Below the pieces are notes generated by a model. It did not search any database and had not been told where the DNA came from. It worked only from the letters and a program-made list of their open reading frames with translations. A stretch of 64,000 nucleotides of DNA. Origin: Octopus vulgaris (lineage: Eukaryota). Positions 26,763 through 40,400 of this stretch are shown here, one piece after another (positions within the stretch are counted from its first letter, which is position 1; each line of letters begins with the position of its first letter). The translations under genes were made by a program, and so were the position numbers. The stretch spans positions 11,222,001-11,286,000 of the forward strand of contig OX597814.1 in assembly GCA_951406725.2 (NCBI GenBank), given 5' to 3'.

Positions 26763-27150
26763 GTGGAGGCGCAATGGCCCAGTGGTTAGGGCAGCGGACT
26801 CGCGGTCGTAGGATCGCGGTTTCGATTCCCAGACCGGGCGTTGTGAGTGTTTATTGAGCGAAAACACCTAAAGCTCCACGAGCTCTGGCAGGGGATGGTG
26901 GTGATCCCTGCTGTACTCTTTCACCACAACTTTCTCTCAATCTTACTTCCTGTTTCTGTTGTACCTGTATTTCAAAGGGCCGGCCTTGTCACTCTCTGTG
27001 TCACGCTGAATATCCCCGAGAACTACGTTGAGGGTACACGTGTCTGTGGAGTGCTCAGCCACTTACACGTTAATTTCACGAGCAGGCTGTTCCGTTGATC
27101 GGATCAACCGGAACCCTCGTCGTCGTAACCGACGGAGTGCTTCCAACAAT
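26763..27150 (+). mobile_element. SINE head H1 with tail X, long TSD
   Basis: GTGGAGGCGCAATGGCCCAGTGG head; tail CTCGTCGTCGTAACCGACGGAGTGCTTCCAACAA; flank ATTCTCGCTTTCATTCTCCAGTTATA repeated on both sides. Confidence 0.88.
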
Positions 27151-27178
27151 AATATTCTCGCTTTCATTCTCCAGTTAT

Positions 27179-27570
27179 ACTCTTTTACTTGTTTCAGTCA
27201 TTTGACTGCGGCCATGCTGGAGCACCGCCTTTAGTCGAGCAAATCGACCCCGAGACTTATTCTTTGTAAGCCCAGTACTATCGGTCTCTTTTGCCGAACC
27301 GCTAGGTGACGGGGACGTAAACACACCAGCATCGGTTGTCAAGCAATGCTAGGGGGACAAACACAGACATAAACACACACACATACACACATATATATAT
27401 ATATACATATATACGACAGGCTTCTTTCAGTTTCCGTCTACCAAATCCACTCACAAAGCATTGGTCGGCCCGGGGTTATAGCAGAAGACACTTGCCCAAG
27501 ATGCCACGCAGTGGGACTGAACCCGGAACCATGTGGTTGGTTAGCAAGCTACTTACCACACAGCCACTCC
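27179..27570 (-). mobile_element. SINE family A
   Basis: Near-identical to the 32141-32559 copy. Confidence 0.9.
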
Positions 27571-27685
27571 ATATTGCTTTCTTTATTTACATTTCTCTTT
27601 CATTCCTTGTTCTTTCGTGTCTTTATTATATGCGTTTCTCATTCATTTATTCACTCCACCTCTCTGTCTCTTTCTTTCTCAATCT

Positions 27686-28005
27686 CTCTTTTCTTCACTC
27701 TCTCTATTCTCTCTCTCAATCCGCCTTCTTTTCTTTCCTTCAACTGCCCATACCTCATATCATTTTTTCTTCCTCAATTTTATCTTCCATTCTCACCACC
27801 TTTCCCTCTTCTTTTTCTTCCTTCTACAATCTTATTCTCTTTTCTTCACTCTCTCTATTCTCTCTCTCAATCCGCCTTCTTTTCTTTCTTTCAACTGCCT
27901 ATACCTCACATCTTTTTTCTCTCCCTCAATTTTATCTTCCATTCTCACCGTCTTTCCCTTCTTTTTCTTCCTTCTCCTACAATCTTATTCTCTTTTCTTC
28001 ACTTC
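27686..28005. repeat. Pyrimidine-rich ~150-bp tandem duplication (2 copies plus a partial third)
   Basis: CTTTTCTTCACTCTCTCTATTCTCTCTCTCAATCCGCC recurs near 27688 and 27839. Confidence 0.85.
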
Positions 28006-28829
28006 CATTTTATCTTATCCTTTCTCCTTTTTTCCCTTTCGTTCTTTCATCTCCCACAAGATGTTTCATTTACCAAAATATATTAAGAAGAAGCAGCAGT
28101 CTTCCTTTAAAAAAGGTTTCACCCCTAAAAAAAAAAAAAAAAAGATCAGTGAAGAAAACCTCTATTAATTTAGTCATTACGTGCTAACTTCATCCTGTCT
28201 TTTTCCTTCTTAACTCTCATTTTCTTTGACTTATCTTATTATCTTAATTTATCTCAGAGGCCAAATAAAGGATAACAAGCAAGATAAGGCAATAAACTTG
28301 AGGAGGAGTAATAAGGGAGGCGGTGACTAATAGATACACAATTAAGGACAGACAGCTTCTTTAGTATGTATTTGTATATTATCTCTATTTCTGGGTTTAT
28401 TGTTCGAAAGAAAACAAACGCGAGAAAGGTTAATTACGGATGTATGTTGGTTAGATAAGGCTTTTTTGATTTAATTTCAGAAATTAATATATTTCATTAT
28501 TTTTATGTATATAGTGAAATATATATAACCTGTAACGTAACAAATCTTTAACGTAATACAGAAATCTATAACACAATGTAATACATACGTGTATAATGAA
28601 TAAAAATGAAGTATCGTTAATTGAATCCGTCACTAACAATCTCATATATATCACAATACATAGATTGAAGTACATACATACAAGCTATAGAAGACCAAAT
28701 ACACCTCAAACGTTATATAGACGCAATAGTATGATATATAACATTAAAACGTGATAGATTCTGTTAACGCAGTATATAAATCGCTCACATATCATATCCC
28801 TTCAACAAAGCATATATATATATATATAT

Positions 28830-28898
<69 letters not shown>

Positions 28899-29016
28899 AA
28901 GATAGATAGATATACATATAGGCATATTATATATAATGGCGGTGCCCCAGCATGGCCGCAGCTCGTGAGCTGAAACTAGATAAAATAAAATAAAAATAAA
29001 ATGAAAATAAAATAAA

Positions 29017-29068
<52 letters not shown>

Positions 29069-29156
29069 CAGACTAGTCATGTAGCCTTCTATATAATAAA
29101 TTAATTTTACTCTGCTATGTATGAGTACCTTACTTACTGTTAACCCGAATCAAGAC

Positions 29157-29253
<97 letters not shown>

Positions 29254-29539
29254 AACAAAGGCAGCTGAAGAAGGGGAAATGTTCCTTGTATTATATGTCC
29301 TGTACTCTATTTTTTCGTTGTTTAAGAAAAATGTCCATTTCCTTGGTTTTGTGTTTGTTTTCGTTTCTCATTGTGTTCGACATTCTTTTGGTGTCCTGTA
29401 CCCATATATGCATGTATATATACATGTAGAGGTAGGTACGTACATATATGCATGAATATATGCATATGTTTTATTTTATTTATTAATTTATATATACATA
29501 TACCCGCGCACACTCACACACACACACATATATATGTAC

Positions 29540-29640
<101 letters not shown>

Positions 29641-29660
29641 TGTATGTATGTATGTATGTA

Positions 29661-29691
<31 letters not shown>

Positions 29692-29922
29692 TTACACGCA
29701 TGTATGTATGTATGTATGTATGTATACTAGAATTAGAAATAGAAAGTCGTTGGTACAGTATTTTATGCTTGGAAAATGAATAGGGATGGCTTTTCTGATA
29801 ATTTTTTCACTTGGATAATTATAATTACATGTTTATAAATCATTAACGTATGGCATTTATTGTACCACAGAGACTAATTTTATGAATGTGTGTGTATGTG
29901 TGTGTGTGTGTGTTTGTGTGTG

Positions 29923-30040
<118 letters not shown>

Positions 30041-30675
30041 TACATACATACATACATACATGCATGCATACATATGGATATTTCTTATTAGCGACGAAAG
30101 TGTAATAGTTCGTATAACACTTAAAGCAGATTACTGTTGAACGTCTTCTCAAGAAGGTGTCTGTTAAAAAGCACAAAGATAAATCAACAGCCGACATAAT
30201 TCATCCAACACAGGCAGTGACATTGCTAGGAAGTATCCACTGCATGCTAAGCGAAAATCGGCCACTATCCGCGAACCGATAGAGTAAAACAGTGATTAAA
30301 GATCACTGATGTCGCATGTAGACAGTAAGTTGAATAAAAATTATTTGCGAGTGAAGCAGTATTAGATTAAATTCAAATTATAATGGCTCTCTCACGATGT
30401 AATGTTTTTGTTTTCTCTAGTTTCAAATTCACCACAGTTTTTCCGATGAATCTTGAAGTTGTATGTTTTGCGGATACAAAACATACAACTTCGCGATTCT
30501 AATAGAGTCCTAAATAATGCGATGAGCTGGCTCGTCGTTGAAGGGTCGAACAAAATGCCTAACAGTATTTCTTCCGACTCGTTACGTTGTCATTTCAAGT
30601 ATTGCAATGGTCAACATTGCCTTTCAAACTTCGGGATCAATAAATCAAAATATCAGTAAGAACTGGGGGTCGTTG

Positions 30676-31010
30676 TGAAGGCGCATGGCTCAATGGTTAG
30701 AGCGTCGAGCTTACGATCGTGAGGTTGTGAGCTCGAATCCCGGACCGGGCTGCGTGTTGTGTTCTCGAGCAAGACACTTTTATTTCACGTTGCTCCAGTT
30801 TATTCAGCTGTAGAAATGAGTTGCGACGTCACTGGTGCCAAGCTGTATCAGCCTTTGCGTTTCCCTTGGATAACACTGTTGGTGTGGAGAGGGGAGGCTG
30901 CTATGCATGGGCGACTGCTGGTCTTCCATAAACAACTTTGCCCGGTATTGTGCCTGGGAGGGTAACTTTCTAGGTGCAATCCCATGGCCAGTCATGACCG
31001 AAGGGAGTCC
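30676..31010 (+). mobile_element. CORE-like tRNA SINE (head H2, tail Z) nested in a degenerate SINE B
   Basis: GAAGGCGCATGGCTCAATGG A-box, GCTCGAATCCC B-box, TTCTCGAGCAAGACACTTT core; TSD GGGTCGTTGT. Confidence 0.8.
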
Positions 31011-31556
31011 CAGCAACTAGGGTCGTTGTAATTGACTTTGTCCCCACGCCATCAAATCGCTGGGCTTATGCCAAAATTTGAAAGTTATTGTAATCTTAAG
31101 CCTGACTTGTAAAAGCAAAAATTACGGGATAATCATGGATAGCCCATCTTTAATCCCAGATCTATTCGATCAGGTTGAGCTGGGGCAAAACAGCAAATAA
31201 TAGCAAATATGGCTACAAAAACAATAGCGATGGACAGTGAAGAGACAAATGTTTCAGAGTGTGTGTAAAGTAAAAAATGCCTTGCGATGTTTGCTACAGC
31301 TCTCACTCCTCTCTAACATCAAATTCCATACATACGTGCATACATACATACATACATACATACATGCATGCATGCATACATACATACATACATACATACA
31401 TGCATACATACATACATACATACATACATACATACATACATACATACATACCTACATACATACATGCATGCATGCATGCATACATACATACATACATACA
31501 TACATACATGCACACATACATACATACATGCACGCGCACATACATACATACATACA

Positions 31557-31588
<32 letters not shown>

Positions 31589-31682
31589 CATATACATACG
31601 CACATTTTTGAGTGGTGCCTTCTATCTGCAACTCTATATTCATACTGCAGTGTATCCCCTTCTTACTCCTACGCCCTTTCTA

Positions 31683-31723
<41 letters not shown>

Positions 31724-32071
31724 GTCTATCTATCTTTGTCTGTCTATCTATCTAACTATCCATCTATCTTTTCTCTCTGTCTGTCTATCTTTCTTTTTCT
31801 CTCTTACTAAACTAAGCAGGGCGTGGCACTGAAATTAAGACGGGGTGTTTTATTTCTAGATCTAGTGGGGGCTGCACTAAGAAAGGCTGTGTGTTATATA
31901 TTCAGTTCTTGAGCAACTACAGGTCAGAGAGTGGAAGACAAGAGAAAGCTGTGCCGTATGTTCGGAAGTGGTACGTGAGTCACACGGTGGTTATTAGTTA
32001 ATTAAGAATAATATTAAAATGAATGATGATTGTCGTTAATAAATGTGTTTGCAAGTGTGCATGCTTTTTGC

Positions 32072-32140
<69 letters not shown>

Positions 32141-32559
32141 CTCTTTTACTCTTTACTCTTTTACTTGTTTCAGTCATTTGACTGCGGCCATGCTGGAGCA
32201 CCGCCTTTAGTCGAGCAAATCGAGCCAGGGACTTATTCTTTGTAAGCCCAGTACTTATTCTATCGGTCTCTTTTGCCGAACCGCTAAGTGACGGGGACGT
32301 AAACACACCAGCATCGGTTGTCAAGCAATGCTAGGGGGACAAACACAGACACACAGACACACACACACACATCCATATATATATATATACATATATACGA
32401 CAGGCTTCTTTCAGTTTCCGTCTACCAAATCCACTCACAAGGCATTGGTCGGCCCGGGGCTATAGCAGAGACACTTGCCCAAGATGCCACGCAGTGGGAC
32501 TGAACCCGGAACCATATGGTTGGCCAGCAAGCTACTTACCACACAGCCACTCCTGCGCC
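32141..32559 (-). mobile_element. SINE family A, full length
   Basis: Head and tail as the 16602 copy. Confidence 0.9.
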
Positions 32560-32877
32560 TATGTGTGTACGTTGTGCAGGTGTAACCGTAATCTTGTGTC
32601 AGCTCATGTTTTGTGAAAGAAATTGAGTTGCTGGAAACTATGTGGAAACCCGTCAGATGGATTCTATCCGTAATTAAAAGCTTCAGACTTGTTATAATCT
32701 CTCAAGATGATTCGGATCGGAAACTATGTAGAAATTACACGTGTTTCAGGAATACTCAGCCAATAGGACGTTAATCAAACGTGTCGGACATTCTGTAAAT
32801 CGAACAGCTGAATGGGCCTCGTCGAATCCGACGGACGAATTCTCATCTGTGCATGGGTGAGTGCGTGCATATGTGTA

Positions 32878-33286
32878 TTGGTGGTGGTGGTGGTGGCGGT
32901 GGTGGTTTTGATGGTGGTGATGGTGGTGGTGGTGGTGGTGGTGGCTGCGGTGGTGGTTGTTGTGGTGGTAGTAGTGGTGGTGGTGGTGGTTTTGATGTTG
33001 GTAGTGGTGGTGGTGGTGGTGGTGGTGGTGGTAGTGATGGTTGTGGTGGTGGTGGTTGTGGTGGTAGTAGTGGGGGTGGTGGTAGTTTTGATGTTGATGG
33101 TGGTAATAGTGGTGGTGGTGGTGGTGGTGGTAGTGATGTTAGTGGTGGTGATGGTGGTGGTGATGGTGGTGGTAGTGGTGGTGGTGGTGGTGGTGGCATT
33201 GGTGGTGGTTTTGGCGGCGGCAGTGGCGGCAGTGGCAGTGGTGGTGGTGGCGGTGGTGGTGGCGGCGGTGGTAGTGGTGGTGGTGT
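32878..33286. repeat. Degenerate (GGT)n microsatellite
   Basis: Direct sequence; similar tracts at 8950-9060 and 47620-48690. Confidence 0.9.
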
Positions 33287-33697
33287 TCGCTGGTCAGAAG
33301 TGGTTGAGATATATCGTTGCACAGCTGATAATCTGTGCTTACTTGTTGCAGTGTTCTCGATTCCTTGTTCCCTTCGTGGCCCTTCAACACACTGAAAACC
33401 GAGAACTCTCTCTTTAACTCTTTAGAAAGGTGTTTGCACTCACTCTACTTTATCAGATTAGATAGCCTCTTCTTCTCCTACTGATTACACCTTACATCAG
33501 CAAATTGCAGTCGGATGATGCATTCGCATGCAGCCTAAAGGTTTGGGTCGGGTCAGATAAGAAGTTCATATTTCTTCAGACTACTTGAAAAAGTGAAACT
33601 TAAGAAATTTCGTATAGGAATCAACAACAACAACAACAGCAACAGAAGCAGCAACAACAACAACAATAAATAATAATAATAATAATAATAATAATAA

Positions 33698-34356
33698 TCT
33701 TTTCTACTAAAGGCACAAGGTTTGAAATTTTGGGGAAGGGGACAATTCATTTATATCGACCCCAGTGTTTCACTGGTAGTTAATTTGTCGACCCCGAAAG
33801 AAAGAAAAGTAAATTCGACCTCGACGGAATTTGAACTCAGAACGTAAGGGCAGACCAAATGCCGCTAAGCATTTCAACCGACGTGCCAACGATTCTTCCA
33901 GCTTGCTGCCTTTAATAATGGTTTCAAATTTTGCCACAAGAGCAACCATTTTGGAGGAGGGGATGAGTCGATTACATCGACCCTATTGTTTCACTGGTAC
34001 TTAATTTATCGACCGCGAAAAGATGAAAGGCAAAGTAAACCTTGGCGGAATTTGAACTCAGATCGGAACGCCAGGTGAAATACTGCAAACCGTTTTGTTT
34101 AACGCGCTAACAATTCTGCCTGCTCGCCGCCTTTAATAATGATAATGATAATATTTTCTACTGAAGGCACAAGGCCTGAAATTTGGGGGGGGGGTACTAC
34201 ATCGACCCCAGTGTTTCATTGGTACCTAATTTATCGACCCCGAAAGAATGAAAGGCAAAGTCGACCTCGGCGGAATTTGAACTCATAACGTATTGATGGG
34301 CGAAATACCGCTAAACATTTCGTTCAGCATGCTAACGATTCTGCCAGCTCGCCGTC

Positions 34357-34358
<2 letters not shown>
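33698..34358 (-). mobile_element. Head-to-tail array of three SINE B copies (tail type 2)
   Basis: Units ~33698-33912, ~33920-34133 and ~34152-34358 separated by (AAT)n-type spacers. Confidence 0.85.
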
Positions 34359-34441
<83 letters not shown>

Positions 34442-34544
34442 GATGAAGAAGAAGAAGAAGAAGAAGAAGAAGAAGAAGAAGAAGAAGAAGAAGAAGAAGA
34501 AGAAGAAGGAGAATAGAGAAGGAAAAACGAAATTGCTTACGAAT

Positions 34545-34912
34545 TCATTCGTCATGCCCATTTGATTCCAGGATATTAAAGAAAGAAGAAAATAAATTCC
34601 AAAATGCAATTCGCTTATAATTTGGAACTGCGAGAATTTGGTGTTTGAAAACTGTAAAGATTGTACCTGCAATAACTGGTGCATTGGGAACTGTGAATGA
34701 GGATATATAGACAAATAGATGAAGGAGATTGGAATAAAATGTCCCGTACTACTTCTACAGAAAATTTGTCTCTTGGGTACAGGAAAGATTATCAGGAGGG
34801 TTTTGAGCACTTGAAAGATTATCGAAAGTGTGTGGATATCTATGGTTACGGGTAGTAACCAGCAGCCCGCATAAATTCTACTAGGAGTAAGAACACATCA
34901 GAGTCAAATCAA
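34545..34912 (+). mobile_element. R4/Dong-like LINE 3' end (RLE C-terminus and 3'UTR)
   Basis: LKTVKIVPAITGALGTV..IGIKCPVLLLQKICLLGTGKIIRRVLST* then short UTR ending in (AAT)n. Confidence 0.75.
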
Positions 34913-35046
34913 ATAATAATAATAATAATGATAATAATAATAATAATAATAATTACCTTTATCAGACGGGTAGTCATGATGGGTATATTGGGCTTCGTAT
35001 ATTTTACCCCAGTGTCACTTTGATGGCATGAACTGCTCTCTCACTC

Positions 35047-35097
<51 letters not shown>

Positions 35098-35116
35098 AAG
35101 AAGAAGAAGAAGAAGA

Positions 35117-35187
<71 letters not shown>

Positions 35188-35282
35188 CAGCAGCAGCAGC
35201 AAACCATTCTGAATTCAAACAAGTTGAATTCGTTCACTAGTTAATTAAGGAGTTTGAATTTCGTTATGCGTTTGAAAATCTA

Positions 35283-36542
35283 TCAGGTTGAGTAAAAGGT
35301 AAGCAACATCTTGAACCTTGAATAGCCTGTACTGGATTTTTGCAGAGTTTTGAAATTTTAAAAACATTTTTTAAAAAATAGTCTGATGATACAGACATAG
35401 ATTTGTTCAAATGCATCGATAAATTTACTTTGATATTTTTTTCACCGTTGTTACAATCATCTGAAATGGAACAGTCAAAGCGCAATATGCGAGCAATTTT
35501 GCTATTCAACTTCAAAAAAGGAACGTAAAGCAGCTGAAACTGCTCACGATATCAAAGAAACGTTTGGCGAGAAAATGACCGGTGAGTGGTCAGCTCGAAA
35601 ATTGTTTAAACGATTTCGCAGTGGAGACCTGAGCCTTGAAGATCGTGAGCGTTGAGGATGCCTATCTGTCATCGATGACGGTCATTTAAAGACCGACATT
35701 GAGAAAGATCCACGTAAAACCACTCGAGTACTGACAAAACTGTCTGTAACCATTTGCATGCGATCGGAAAATTTAAAAAAAGCATGACAGACGGGCACCA
35801 CACGATTTGAATGAAAATTAGAAAATGCGCAGATATGAAATTCACTCATCGCTTCTTCCTAACCAGAATCCATTTCTCGACCGTATTGTAACTTGATACG
35901 AAAAATGGATTCTGTACAATAATAAAAAAACGTTCTTCGCAGTGGTTGGACCAAAACAAAGCACAGAAAGCCTTCCCTAAAACCGAGCTCTTCAAACAGA
36001 AGGTTATGACCACTGTTTAGTGGTGTACTGCTGTCCTTATCCACTATAACTTCTTAAACCCGGGAAAACCATTACTGCAGTAACATATTGCCATGAAATT
36101 GCCAAAATGAACGAAAAACTGCTACTTCTCTGTCCCAGATTGATCAACAGAAGACCAATCATTCTTCATGACAATGCTTGACCACATGTTTCACTAATGA
36201 CACTCCAGAAGTAGAGAGAACTTGGCTACGATGTTCTTCTTCACCCAGTTTATTCCCCCCAGACCTTTCTCCTACCGACTACCAGTTTTTCAAGTACCTT
36301 GATGGTTTCCTGTGAGAGAAGGAGTTCAAAAATCAAACCGATTCTGAAGGTGCTTTGAATGTGTTCATCAGTTCCAGATCTCTAGATTTTTACGTTACCG
36401 AAATAAACAAGCTTGTAACTCGTTGGCAAAAATGTGCTGATTGTAATGGTATTTACTTTGATGAATGAAATTTCCGCATTGTTGAAATATATTGTGATGA
36501 ATTTCATGTTTCAAAACGTTGCCTACTTTTTACTCAGCCTGA
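35283..36542 (+). mobile_element. Full-length decayed mariner, 1260 bp (Hsmar1/cecropia-like)
   Basis: TIRs TCAGGTTGAGTAAAAGGTAAGCAAC and (rev-comp) TCAGGCTGAGTAAAAAGTAGGCAAC, TA flanks; broken ORF from ATG 35466 MEQSKRNMRAILLFNFKK..RKAAETAHDI..LHDNA..PDLSPTDY..RWQKCADCNGIYFDE*. Confidence 0.92.
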
Positions 36543-37683
36543 TACATTAAAACACTTGCACTTGCTTCCTAACAATCCAATAAGGAAGCCTGAACTTTGT
36601 CGCTCGACTAAATCTTTCTCATATTTCTGCATTTTCCCTTGAAAAGGGAAGGTTACTTTGGACGTCATGCTCTTAAATCCGCAATACTCGAAATAAACAG
36701 ATCATTATGGGTGGAAAATTAGAGCTGAGCACAAACACACACAGTAAACAACGAGAGTAAATTTTTATAAATAATGTTACGAGAAACAGCATTGAATGAG
36801 ATATGTTCTTATGAAGCCATATACATACAGCTTGTCCAAGTTCAATCGGACGTGAGAAACCCTTCCACTGTGGAGATAGACCCGGGAGAAAACTCATCTC
36901 TTAAACATGTGTGAAAAACTTTCATGTCAATACACACTACTTAACAGATATACATACCATTCTAGGCCTAACTGCCTAAAAAATATGATTTGCAACATAA
37001 ATAAAGATTACTCATTCTGCTCATGCAAACTCTATGTAACCCACCACTCATTATGGATGGATTACTACTGCAATTAGTAACTGTTGTCGCTGAAATATCA
37101 CATTCTGCAGAATGACGATTAATTGACGCCAACATCGTGTCTGCTCTACGTGTAATACGCCAAATCAAAAATAGATGACATTGAAATAATATCACACTCT
37201 GCAAAATGTTAAGTTATACCAACATCGTGTACGCTCTCCCACGTGGTGCTGTCATTAAAAGAATTGATGTCGCTATGATATCTAAAATAACCATGCAAAT
37301 ATAACTGCCTATTGAACCAGTTATAAATTTCTTCAGAATTCTCTGCATTTCGCCGAACATCTGATGATATGGACGTGCTCGAAGCCCACGAAATATTACG
37401 TAACGTTGAGCTAAGGCAAACTGTTGTATGATACATATAATTCCAATCCATTGTGTTATTTCTTTCGTCTGTTCAATTACTCGTACACACACACACACAT
37501 TTATATACGCGTATGTGTACATGCATATGTGTATACATTTGTTCGAACGATTTAGTGCTATTTCTACATAAGTGCAGTCCGCGCATGCTTACGTGTTGTG
37601 CGCTATGATAATTCTATTTTTGCAGATGAACCAATCACACACACAAATACGCACATATTTACACACAAACACTCAAAGATAAC

Positions 37684-37839
37684 TTTCTTTATTGGCCACA
37701 CAGGGCTGGACACAGAGGGGACAATTACAAATGTAGAGCTTTTCTTTTCGAAGATGGAAAAGGAAAAAGAAGAAAAAAAGGAAACAAATGTAAAATTTCG
37801 ATCAAAAGGGATCGGGAAGAAAAACGATCAAAAAGGATC
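37684..37839 (-). mobile_element. Inverted 3'UTR terminus, probably of the adjacent L1/Tx1 LINE
   Basis: Minus: T-rich UTR ending TGTAATTGTCCCCTCTGTGTCCAGCCCTGTGTGGCCAATAAAGAAA; abuts ORF2 at GATC 37836-37839. Confidence 0.65.
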
Positions 37840-40205
37840 ACTTACAGATGAACAGGGGCGCGAATTACTCGAGCCTGAAAGGATGTGTGAGGCTTTTCAA
37901 CAACACTTTACTCAACTGTTTGGGACAAGTGGTGGGTCAGAACGCAGAGTGGACTTTAGTGCCTACCTGCATGCCCTACCACGACTCTCAGCAAAAGAGG
38001 CGGAGTGTTGTGAAAAACCCATCACAGCCGCAGACGTACGGGATGCGATGGCAGGCTGCACGAGAGACAAGTCACCAGGCTTGGATGGTCTACCCTACGA
38101 ACTTTATTGTCATATGCCAGGCTTGTTTGGAGGCGTCTTGGCAGCTGTCTACTGCAACTGGTAGCAAAAAGGGAGTATCTCCGCCTTTGTAAAGCGAGGA
38201 GCAGTGGCACTGCTAAAGAAAGATCCAAACAAAGGGGACATCATAGATAATTTCAGGCCCATCTCTCTGCTCAACGCAGATTTGAAAATTTTGGCCAAGG
38301 TGTTAGCCGAGAGGTTGGCGCTTGTCATCGAGAAACTAGTCGAAAAGGCGCAAACGTGCGCTGTGCCGGGTAGGAGTATCCATGACAAGCTCCATCTGAT
38401 GCGCTACATCATAGACAGGGTAGTTAAGGATCCTGGCATGGGTGGGGCGCTGATCAATCTGGATCAATCAAAAGCCTTCGATAGAGTAGACCATCACTAC
38501 TTGGAGGCTGTCCTTAAAGCGGCTGGTTTCGGTCCCATCTTCCGCGGTTGGATCGCTGCCTTATACAGCGGCATCCGCTCGGTAGTTCGCGTAAATGGTC
38601 ATCTTTCCAGACCTTTTAACATCATGCGTTCGGTTCGTCAAGGATGCCCCCTCTCATCGCTTCTGTATGTATTGACTCTTGAGCCATTACTGCGGAAACT
38701 GGCGATGCTGAGGGGTATTCTACGAGAGCTGGGATGCGGGAGGAGCGTGTCTGCATACGCGGACGACGTCACCATCATAGTGTCGAGCCACAAGCACATC
38801 GACCTGGTCAGCGAGACAGTAAAAGAATACGAAGCAGTAACGGGAGCAAAAATCAACCGGGAAAAGTCAGTGGGCTTGCGGCTCGGCACCTGGAGAAGCA
38901 AGCCCATGCCGTCCAGCAGCGTCTCCATCGTGGGACACTGGACCGACGGACCGGTTAAATTGCTCGGAGTCTGGTTCGGTCCGGACCTCCAAATGGAGAA
39001 GAACTGGGACGAAATAATGACTAGGGTGGCCAGTCTCACCCAGCAATGGGCTGAGAGGTAGCTATCTCTAAAAGGTCGGGCGGAGGTGGCGAACGCGTAC
39101 ATCGCATCCGTCATCGAGTACCGCCTGTCCGTCGTGTCTTGTTCCGACCCTACCATCACCAAACAGGAACGCATACTCTTCTGCTTCCTGTGGAAGGGAA
39201 GCATTCCGATGGTTAGGGGATCCATTTGCTGTCAACACCCGCTAAATGGAGGGCTAGGCATGCCGTGGTTGTTGATGTGCAGACATGCGCTGAGACTGCG
39301 ACATCTCCGGCGCTTCATAGACGATGGTGAACAGGTGTGGCCGCCTGTTGTGCGACACGCTCTCCTGCAGCTCGTCTCCTTGGCCGAACTACAATCGTGG
39401 ATCAGAGACCGAGGCTAGGCGAATGGCACCACGAGTGTCGCGTTGCTCTCAAGCAACTCTGCCGTCCGGGATCAAATGTGTGCGACTTCATTACAACAAA
39501 GGCGTTCTATAGAGGATTAGAGAAGGGGAGGTGCAACGACGTTCTCGGGCAGAATCTGGGTGTCGACGAGAGACACCTGACCCGCCTGTTCAGGACAACT
39601 TTCGGGTTGGGACCTATGGACAATCACCAAAGATCCCTGGCCTGGCAGTGCTATCGAGAAGCATTACCTGTTCGGGATAAACTCTACAGGCACGGTTCGA
39701 GACACACTGGACCGACTTGCCCGAGATGCGGTCAGATCGACGAAACCGTTCTGCACGCACTCGTGCAGTGTCCATCCATTTCTGACCTGTGGGCTTATGC
39801 CGAACGGCTGCTGTCACGTGTGGGACTAGTCCGCCTGTCGGCCGAGTCTATCGGGAAAGTTGCACCGCCATCTTCCCTCAACCGAGAAGGCAAGGCAGTC
39901 TTCATGTGTGTGGTGGACTCGAGCGAAAGGATTAGAGAAAAACACTTACCTCTCTGGCCAATCGCTCATCAACTTTTTCATGTACCACTTGAAAAGGAAG
40001 GTAAGAATGGAGAGGCAAGTTTTGTCTCGTGAAAGTTTCAAAAAAAGGTGGGTGAATGTAGCAAAGATGGTGCGTGCGAGTGACGAAACCACTTTGAGCA
40101 TGATCCTGTAAATCGTAAAAGAGAGAGAGAACACTTTGCTCTATTGTGTTTATTTCCTCCTTGCTTGAGGTTACCGTGGTCTTTTCTGTACGATTTTCTT
40201 CCTAC
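37836..40205 (+). mobile_element. 5'-truncated L1/Tx1-clade LINE ORF2 (RT plus CCHC), pseudogenised
   Basis: KSPGLDGLPYELY, FRPISLLNADLKILAK, LDQSKAFDRV, VRQGCPLS, YADD, LSLKGR, GGLG, CPRC..ETVLHALVQC; in-frame TAG at 38162 and 39059, frameshifts near 39410 and 39915. Confidence 0.93.
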
Positions 40206-40246
40206 GGATGAACCAAATCTTGTTTGTTACTTTGACAAACACACAC

Positions 40247-40295
<49 letters not shown>

Positions 40296-40400
40296 TGCAT
40301 GAGTGCCTGAGTTTTTGTGTGTGTATATATGTATACGTGCATACGAGTGAACATTTTGATGTATGCATGTATGTATGTATGTATGTATGTATGTATGTAT

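Noticed and set aside
26763-26840. tRNA gene (also at 15604, 30676 and 49032)
   Set aside because: A and B boxes are present but no proper acceptor stem is evident, and the sequence continues into a SINE body with a TSD
32853-33395. Glycine-rich or proline-rich structural protein ORF
   Set aside because: Degenerate (GGT)n open in several frames, with no signal peptide or splice support
33698-34358. CRISPR-like regularly spaced repeats
   Set aside because: Units are ~210-bp SINEs in eukaryotic DNA, with no unique spacers or cas genes
37361-37410. Hammerhead-like CTGATGA...CGAAA (similar motifs near 829 and 60097)
   Set aside because: Stem II is mismatched and no convincing stem I/III or cleavage triplet could be built by eye
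37625-37634. GATGAACCAA as the TSD of the Tx1-like LINE (also at 40207)
   Set aside because: The left copy lies ~50 bp from the element end, so it cannot be called a TSD
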